Origin: an uncultured delta proteobacterium
GTDB lineage: Bacteria > Myxococcota_A > Polyangia > Polyangiales > Houyiibacteriaceae
Length of the DNA: 64,000 bases
Direction: 5' to 3'
NCBI GenBank assembly: GCA_963699755.1
Contig: CAVOVB010000003.1
Coordinates: 731,726 to 795,725 of the forward strand
Shown here: in pieces, positions 57,841 to 64,000 of the stretch
Position numbering within the stretch: the stretch's first letter is position 1
Layout: every line of letters begins with the position of its first letter
The notes under the pieces: generated by a model
What the model was told of the DNA's origin: nothing
The model's database searches: none
Seen by the model: the letters and a program-made list of their open reading frames with translations, nothing else
Position numbers and translations under genes: made by a program

Positions 57841-59141
57841 GCATCAAACCTCTGATAGTCCGCAGTGGGATCGAGCAAGGGATCGGTTCCGAGGTACTGG
57901 AAGTCCGTGAAGTCAGCTAAGTAGGAGATCTCTGCGAAGAGGGCGAGCCAGGCCTTGAACCGATACTCGCCAAAGATCCCGGCGATGACACGAATGTCTT
58001 TTCGGTCTGGTTGGGTGCCGAGGAGCATGCCATCGGGATTCAGTGCCAGGCCGGATTTGTCGAACGAGACTGACGCCTTGAGGCCCAGCAGAAACGCCCC
58101 AGCTATGGTAAACCGCGTGGTCGCGTGTAGCCGGTTGATCGTGGTGAAGTTGCCAATGAAGGATGGAATGACGTCGCGGATGAAACCCGCGTTGAACCCG
58201 ATGGTGGGTCGAGGTTGCCAGCGTGCGTCCACGCTGGCGATCACAGCGTCGAAGTCCTGCGCGATTTCGTAGAGCCCGACGGAGTATCCGATCATCGCAG
58301 TCATCGAGAACCTCTCCGTGATCGCGCCGTTGTACCCGATCGAGTTCGCGACACGATTGTTATCCGAGAGAAGCGTCGGTGAATCGAGGATCTCGTCCGG
58401 GTTTTTGAAAGTTTGGTGGGCGTAGTCGAAGCTGTAGACCAGCGCCGAATTCGGAAAAAACAGCCAACTCAACGAGGCGGGCACCCGATGGGTCATACTG
58501 TCCCCGTATTGGTAGACGCTCGCATCGAAGAACCCCAAGACGTTGGTGTAGCCGACGCGGCCCTCGAGCACCTGGCTCTTGCTACGGCCCACGAAATCGA
58601 CCGAAGCCGTGTTGTGATTGAAGCCGTAGCTGATCGTCGTGCCCTCGAGGGTGTTCGGATCCGAAAACGGCCGTATCGTGCGTCGGAAGGTGTCGCGGAC
58701 TTGCAGGGAGAAGACCGGAGACGGATTGTAGGAAAGGTCGATGTGCGCGTCACCGCCGAGGTTGTCGGGGATTCGGTCGATGAAGTAGTGGTAGTACCTC
58801 GCACCGAGGCCGCCACGAAACTGGATCTTCTGAGGCGCGGCTTTGTTCGTCTCGCCCTCGCTTTGCCGTTCAGCGCCCTCAGTGGCGACATCGAGATATC
58901 CCGTGAGCCGCAAGATGAACGAGTCTTCTTTTTGGGCATTCTGAAGGAACACGTTCGAATCGTAACCACCCTCGAGCGCGAGGCCCGGGTGCAAGACCAT
59001 CCGTCCAACTTTGAAACCAGGGCCCTCACTGGCCGCACGATCGGCCAAGAAGTCCTGCGCGCGGGCGTTTGCCGGGATCCACGCTGCGCCCACGATGGCT
59101 AGAAAAGCCAGAGCAAGCTCTAACTTAGAGCAGTAGCGCAT
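57813..59141 (-). CDS. Outer-membrane beta-barrel protein (EpsX-like)
   Basis: Signal peptide, GYDSNVF, alternating beta strands, C-terminal aromatic residue (GIRVFY); adjacent to the OPX gene. Confidence 0.75.
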   Translation of the reverse strand: MRYCSKLELALAFLAIVGAAWIPANARAQDFLADRAASEGPGFKVGRMVLHPGLALEGGYDSNVFLQNAQKEDSFILRLTGYLDVATEGAERQSEGETNKAAPQKIQFRGGLGARYYHYFIDRIPDNLGGDAHIDLSYNPSPVFSLQVRDTFRRTIRPFSDPNTLEGTTISYGFNHNTASVDFVGRSKSQVLEGRVGYTNVLGFFDASVYQYGDSMTHRVPASLSWLFFPNSALVYSFDYAHQTFKNPDEILDSPTLLSDNNRVANSIGYNGAITERFSMTAMIGYSVGLYEIAQDFDAVIASVDARWQPRPTIGFNAGFIRDVIPSFIGNFTTINRLHATTRFTIAGAFLLGLKASVSFDKSGLALNPDGMLLGTQPDRKDIRVIAGIFGEYRFKAWLALFAEISYLADFTDFQYLGTDPLLDPTADYQRFDAWLGIRVFY

Positions 59142-59184
59142 GATCCCTTGTTTCCCCCGCCCATCACCAACACCAATCGATTGG

Positions 59185-59784
59185 TTAGCTTACTCCACTC
59201 ACCGGTGGCGGGATATACGGGATCGGCCAGTCCGGCACTGTGTAGATCACGGTAGGATTCTCATCGGGAGCGAACAGGTCGACTTCTTCTCTTACTTGCG
59301 TGTCGCCGGTTTCGAAAAGATCTTGCCCCACGCACTGGTTCGCCGCTTGGGCCAGGGCCTTGGACTTTTGGGATAGAACGCCGATCACGGTGAACTCGTG
59401 GTTACTGCCACCGATATCGCCCGTCGAAATCGCTTCGTTGAGCGCAGCCTGCCGGCGCTTCATGTTCTGAAGGCTCGCGTTGCACTGCTCGAGCTTGTCC
59501 TCGAGACAAGTCGCTCGAATGATGTCGCCTTCGCGCTTGGCACTTTTCATGGCTTCCGATTGGGCGTTGCAGCTCGAGGACGCGCTCGCGAAGGCGGCCT
59601 CGGCTGCCTTGGCCTGGTCGGCGGGCGAGAGTGCCTCTTCGGCAGCTTGAGCGCCAAGCGGTTCGACCCGGATGACCTCGACTGTCGAGTCGTTGGCATC
59701 CTGGGCTACGGCGTAGCCCAGGCTCCCTCCGACCAGCAGAGCTGTCAGAAACGCCTGACCTGTGGTTCCGATCCGTGCAAACAT
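59185..59784 (-). CDS. Secreted helical protein with paired cysteines
   Basis: Signal peptide; DIIRATCLEDKL...NHEF...ANQCVG. Confidence 0.7.
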   Translation of the reverse strand: MFARIGTTGQAFLTALLVGGSLGYAVAQDANDSTVEVIRVEPLGAQAAEEALSPADQAKAAEAAFASASSSCNAQSEAMKSAKREGDIIRATCLEDKLEQCNASLQNMKRRQAALNEAISTGDIGGSNHEFTVIGVLSQKSKALAQAANQCVGQDLFETGDTQVREEVDLFAPDENPTVIYTVPDWPIPYIPPPVSGVS

Positions 59785-59882
59785 CAACGATCCCCTAAAC
59801 TTGCGTCGATTATACCCCGCACTATTCTCGTGTCAATGCACTTGTAGTACAGTTAAGCAGGAAAAATATGAATCTGTCGTAG

Positions 59883-61341
59883 TTAGTTCTGAGGCTGGAA
59901 AACGAAGGGATAGCGGAAGGTTACGCTGCCCCCATCGGGCCCTGGGTTGAATCGGAAGCGACTGATGGTTCGCGTCACACAATCGGCGACGGCCGGGCTG
60001 CCGGTCGTATTCTCACTGGCCTTGGCGTCGGTCACGTTGCCTCGCTCCTGAATCGTGAAGGTCACGGTGACCTTGCCCGAAAGGTTCGGGTTCTTGCGGA
60101 GCTCGGACTCGTAGCAGCGCGTGATCGACTTGAGGCGCTGTTTGATCTGCCGTTGGACTAGAGCCTGATCGAACTCACCGCTCCCGCCAATGTCGCCACC
60201 GCTGCTCAGGCCGACGTCGCCGCGAACCTCTCGTTCTTGGATGGCTTGCCCTTCTTGGGCGGCCTTGCCTGCGCCCTGGCCCTTCTTCAGCGAGCCGAGA
60301 CCTGCGCTCCGCCCGCTGCCACCGCCGCTTCGCGTTCGCAAAGTGCCGGCCTCGCTCTTGGTGGCCACGCCACACTCCGGACGCCTGCGCCAAGACATCC
60401 GCCGCGTTGCCGGTGACTGCACCCCCGGAGAGCACGTCGCCTAGAGCGCCGCCTGAGCCACCAAGCGCCCCGAGCAGCATCGCTTCGGCCTGCGCAGCAG
60501 CCTCTTGTGCGATGCGCGCCCGGCCTTCGGCGCTTTCACCCGCCTGCTCCGCTCCCACCGGCCCCTTGCCCGCGGCTTTCGATGGCTGCTTCTCCGGTGC
60601 CTTGCCCTCCGCTTCTTCTTTCTCTTCACCCTCGCCTTCTTCGACCAACTCTTCTTGGACTGTGGGCGGTTCGATGGGGGCTTCGAAAACCAAGCGCGCC
60701 AGGCTCTCGGGCACCTCCTGGGAGCCCTTGTCGACCTTCCAGTCGGCGTTCTCCATGTAGATGATGAAACCGAAGAACAGCATGTAAGAGAAATCACCCA
60801 GGTCGTGAACGTCCAATCGATGTTCTTGACGAAACCGCGCTGGACCGCAGCCGGCAGCTGTGGCTTCGGGGTGATCGGTGGCGCCGCGACGAACTCGAAG
60901 AAGACCGTGAAATCGCCGATCTTGATGTTGCCACGCGATGTATCTGCAAGCTTGATTTGGAAGTGCGTTCCCGCGTTTCGGGCCGCGCCGGTATCGCGCA
61001 GGTGCTCGAGCTTCTGCACTCCGCCCGGAAGCGCGATCTTGCCGCTCATCTCGGAGGTGAAATTCAGGATGTAGTCGTCGCCAACCAACTGGAAGAGCTC
61101 GAAACGCGACTCGAGCTTTGCGGGGAGCGTCCCCGGACCTGATGATGAGATGGTTTTTCGCAGCGGTACCAATCGAGACGGTTTCACGCCTGCGCACGAT
61201 GCGCTCTTCGACGATCTTCTTGTCTCGAAAGAGGCCAACGCGCAGCACCTTCGAACCCGATTGCTTCCCCGGCACGGCTTGCATCGCCTGCGTCATCGCG
61301 CCCGGACGGCTTCCCTGCTTTGGACTCTGCGGCTCGGCCAT
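59883..61341 (-). CDS. GltG/AgmX/PglI-like TonB-C protein, frameshifted
   Basis: Cytoplasmic N-domain, TM helix, Gly-rich linker and C-terminal ITRCYESELRKNPNLSGKV...YPFVF; needs about 3 frame switches (near 61135, 60795, 60375). Confidence 0.7.
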
Positions 61342-61595
61342 TAGAAAGGCTCCTTCTGCACGCTGCGGACCACTTTGCGCAGAAAGCTCGTGCGCAACTC
61401 GAGCACTTCATAGCCCAAGTTGGAGCGGTTCAGAATGTAAAAGGCGTTGGGCTTTTGCACCCGGCCCTCGATGACGATTTCCTCAAGCTGGATGACGCGT
61501 GGTTGACGCTTCTTGGCACCCTGGGCGAGCGTCGCGCTGCTTGTCGCCATGATGAAAAGCAGGGAGAGCAGAATGGTCGAAGTCGCACGTTTCAT
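61341..61595 (-). CDS. GltF/CglF-like small periplasmic protein
   Basis: Signal peptide; IQLEEIVIEGRVQKP...SFLRKVVRSV. Confidence 0.7.
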   Translation of the reverse strand: MKRATSTILLSLLFIMATSSATLAQGAKKRQPRVIQLEEIVIEGRVQKPNAFYILNRSNLGYEVLELRTSFLRKVVRSVQKEPF

Positions 61596-62895
61596 GAGGC
61601 GCCTCCCTGTTCACGTTCAATCAAACGTCTCGCTCGTTTCATCAGCCAATCCAAGTCACGAAGGTACTCGGCGAGAAGTAATCGTCCTTAGGCAAGCGCG
61701 GCCCGTTTCGCTCCGGTAGCGATTTAGCTCGTCGACCGCTTTCTGGTAGGCAGTGAAGCTCATCGAGCCCTGGAAAGTCTCCGGCCGCCGAAAGGAAGAG
61801 CAGGCCGAGCCCGTAGTGCGCTTCGGGCAGTTTCGACTGCAGCTCGAGCGCCCTCCGGTACGCGCTCTGCGCCGCTGTCCACTGCTTGGTTGCCCGGTAT
61901 GCGTCTCCTAGGTTGAGGTGGACGGCCGGAAGAGTCGGCACGAGGCGTTCCGCAGCCTGGAAGTGCGAGAGAGCACCCGGAATAGTTGCCGCCTGCCAGG
62001 AGCTGAATTCCGAGCGCCATCTGCGCCTCTGCGTAGCTCGGGCGCAGTCGAACGGCACGCTCGTAGGCCGCCATGGCTTCGCGCAGGCGCCCTGGCTTCG
62101 TCTTGAGTCTCTCACCGTCCAAGAAATGAAGCTCCGCGACCTGTGGTTCGAGCTGGAGTGCCTGGTCGGATCGAATCCGCAAGCTCTTCTTCGCGGCCCT
62201 GTGCGCGGCTCGCCTTCGAGAGTGCGATCAGCGCAGGCACGAATCGCTCGTGGCAGCTTCGAGCGCGCGTCTTGCGGCCATCCAGGCTTCGTCATAGCGC
62301 CGGGTTTCGACCAACACCTCCGCATAGAGCGCCTGCATCTCGAGGTTGGCACGATACTGATTGGCGAGCGGCTCGACTGTCGCCACCGCCGCCTGCACTT
62401 GGCCTCGACGAATCTGGATGATGTAGATGCCGCGCGCCGCTGGCTCGTAGTCGGGGAGTAGGCGCAGCGCGCGTTGATAGTAGTCCACCGCGTCGCGTTC
62501 GTTGCCGGCTCTGTCGGCGAGCACACCCAAATTGTAGAGCGCCGGGTAGGCGTTGGCGTCCCGATTGAGAGCGGCCTTGAATTCCGATTCGGCAGCTCTG
62601 CTGTCGCCCGCGGTGGCCGCGGTCACCCCTTTGTCGAAGGCTTTCTTGGCCTTCGAAGACATCGTCGGGCGAGCCGCCCGGCGGCACTGCTCCGCCTGCG
62701 TTGCCCCCCAAGGGCTCTGCTCTTGGACGGGCACTGTCCCATCCACCGAGGCTCCCTCCCGATCGCCTCAGGCAGGTGCTGCCACCCGGAGCCGAACTCG
62801 AGGCCGACCGGCTCCGAGGCCGGCGAACCCTTGCAGCCGTAGGAGGCGAAGAGCATCGCAGCGATGACGGCAGCTGTCTGTAGCCAGATGCGCAT
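61592..62895 (-). CDS. GltE-like TPR lipoprotein, frameshifted
   Basis: Lipobox ASYGC; TPR motifs (ALYNLGVLA, VHLNLGDAYR, AHYGLGLLF) spread over several frames. Confidence 0.65.
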
Positions 62896-64000
62896 CAGTC
62901 GTTCTCCTTTCTGATAGCAGGTGGGGCGATTCCTGGTCGAATCTCCAGCGGTTTGCCTCTTGGCGAGCGCGCGAAATTCGCCGGGAGTATAGCCCTGGAA
63001 GGTGGCGTCGCTGGCTTGGGCCTCTGCGATGCACTCGGCGATGCGTTCGTCGCCATAGGCTTGTAGCCAATCGATGGCCAGTCGGGTGTACTCGTCGTCG
63101 AAGCTACCGGCCCGGCCCGCACGAGCCGCCAGTGCGTAGCGCGCCACGGCAAAGCACTCGACCGGACGAACCTGCGCGTCGAGTACCTGACGAACCTTGT
63201 CCTCGAAGTCGAGCTGGTACTCCTCGCGCTCGTCTTCGTGGGCCTTGCGAAGCACGCGCTCCAGATCGGTTGGGATCACCACTGGGGCGTTCAGAATCGA
63301 ACGCGCCAAGATTTCATACGCACGACCCTGGCGCACGTAAGACGCAATCGTCCAGCGCGGGCGACGGTATCCAAAGATCGGCTCATAGCCGTTCGCAACG
63401 GATTGGGCCTGGGTGGAGCCGCTGCTCATCTGCTTGGTGATGGTGTTGATGTAGGCTTCGACCGTCTTGGGCTTTCCAGGCTTGATCTGGAAATTCGCGA
63501 AGCTGGCAAGCTTGCTGTCAGGACGAGGATGGAAGCGTGCCTCCGCAGCGTACCCGGCTGCGATCGAAGCGGCGGGTTGTCCGGTGCGCTCGTACGCCGT
63601 CGTGACGTCATTGAGCGCGCTTCGATAGTCGCCCATGCGGCCGCGCGCCTTCCAGGACTGGGCGATCCGCCAGTAGGCTTGAACCACCAGGTCGCCGGCC
63701 GCTCCGTCGTTGCCATAGGCCCTGATGAACTCTTGCATGCCCTTGATGGCCTGCGGGTACGCTTCTGCTTGTAGGCCATCTCCGCGATTCGATAGAGCGC
63801 GTTTCGCTTTGTCGCTTGGTCGCCGACGGTGGTGTAGACGCGGCGGTAGTATTGGGTCGCTTCGGGATATCGCTGAAGCTGTTCGAGCAAAATGGCCGAG
63901 TTGACGAGCCCGTCGGCGCGCTTGCTCTGAACCTCGGGATCGGCCGACTCGGCGAAGCGCCGTGAATCCGCCAGCACCCGGTAGTTGTCGACCGCACGGT
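62895..64000 (-). CDS. GltD/AgmU-like large TPR protein, C-terminal part, frameshifted
   Basis: TPR helices and WTIASYVRQGRAYE; split over ORFs 63426-63977, 62623-63738 and 62895-63152. Confidence 0.6.

Noticed and set aside
59883..61341. Programmed ribosomal frameshifting in the gltG-like gene
   Set aside because: There are too many shifts across adjacent genes and no obvious slippery sites, so sequencing error or decay is the simpler explanation.

Overview
High-GC chromosomal window from a probable Myxococcota (Polyangiales/Sandaracinaceae-like) genome. The taxonomy is inferred from the gliding-type glt genes, the short OPX plus beta-barrel pair and the gene order. Most of it is housekeeping: the 5' end of scpA, bcp, map, parAB, folD, ileS, lgt/lspA, oxoprolinase, the nrdR-rib-nusB operon, mnmA/iscS, ddl, rpsP-khpA-rimM-trmD-rplS, queD, udg and a PP2C phosphatase. 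The right end holds a nucleotide-sugar and polysaccharide export block followed by a heavily frameshifted gltD/E/F/G-like cluster. The most striking system is a 7-gene sulfur/ubiquitin-like operon (34445-38629): CymR-like Rrf2, CysK, an E1 enzyme missing its N-terminal RYxRQ segment, a Ubl precursor ending GG-ALR, a small pseudo-E1 that carries exactly the missing RYARQ segment, CysM and a JAB protease. This suggests a split, heterodimeric, eukaryote-like E1 system. Other candidates are a START/AHA1 domain fused to a histone-H1-like tail, a HARE-HTH/pseudo-Mrr protein with a structured upstream region, a CxC phosphoesterase-like tetraheme lipoprotein, a 185-nt rod-like RNA, small ORFs missed by the ORF track, and a recurring leaderless-promoter signature. 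I saw no tRNA, rRNA, CRISPR array or transposase. All calls come from motif recognition by eye, without database searches.
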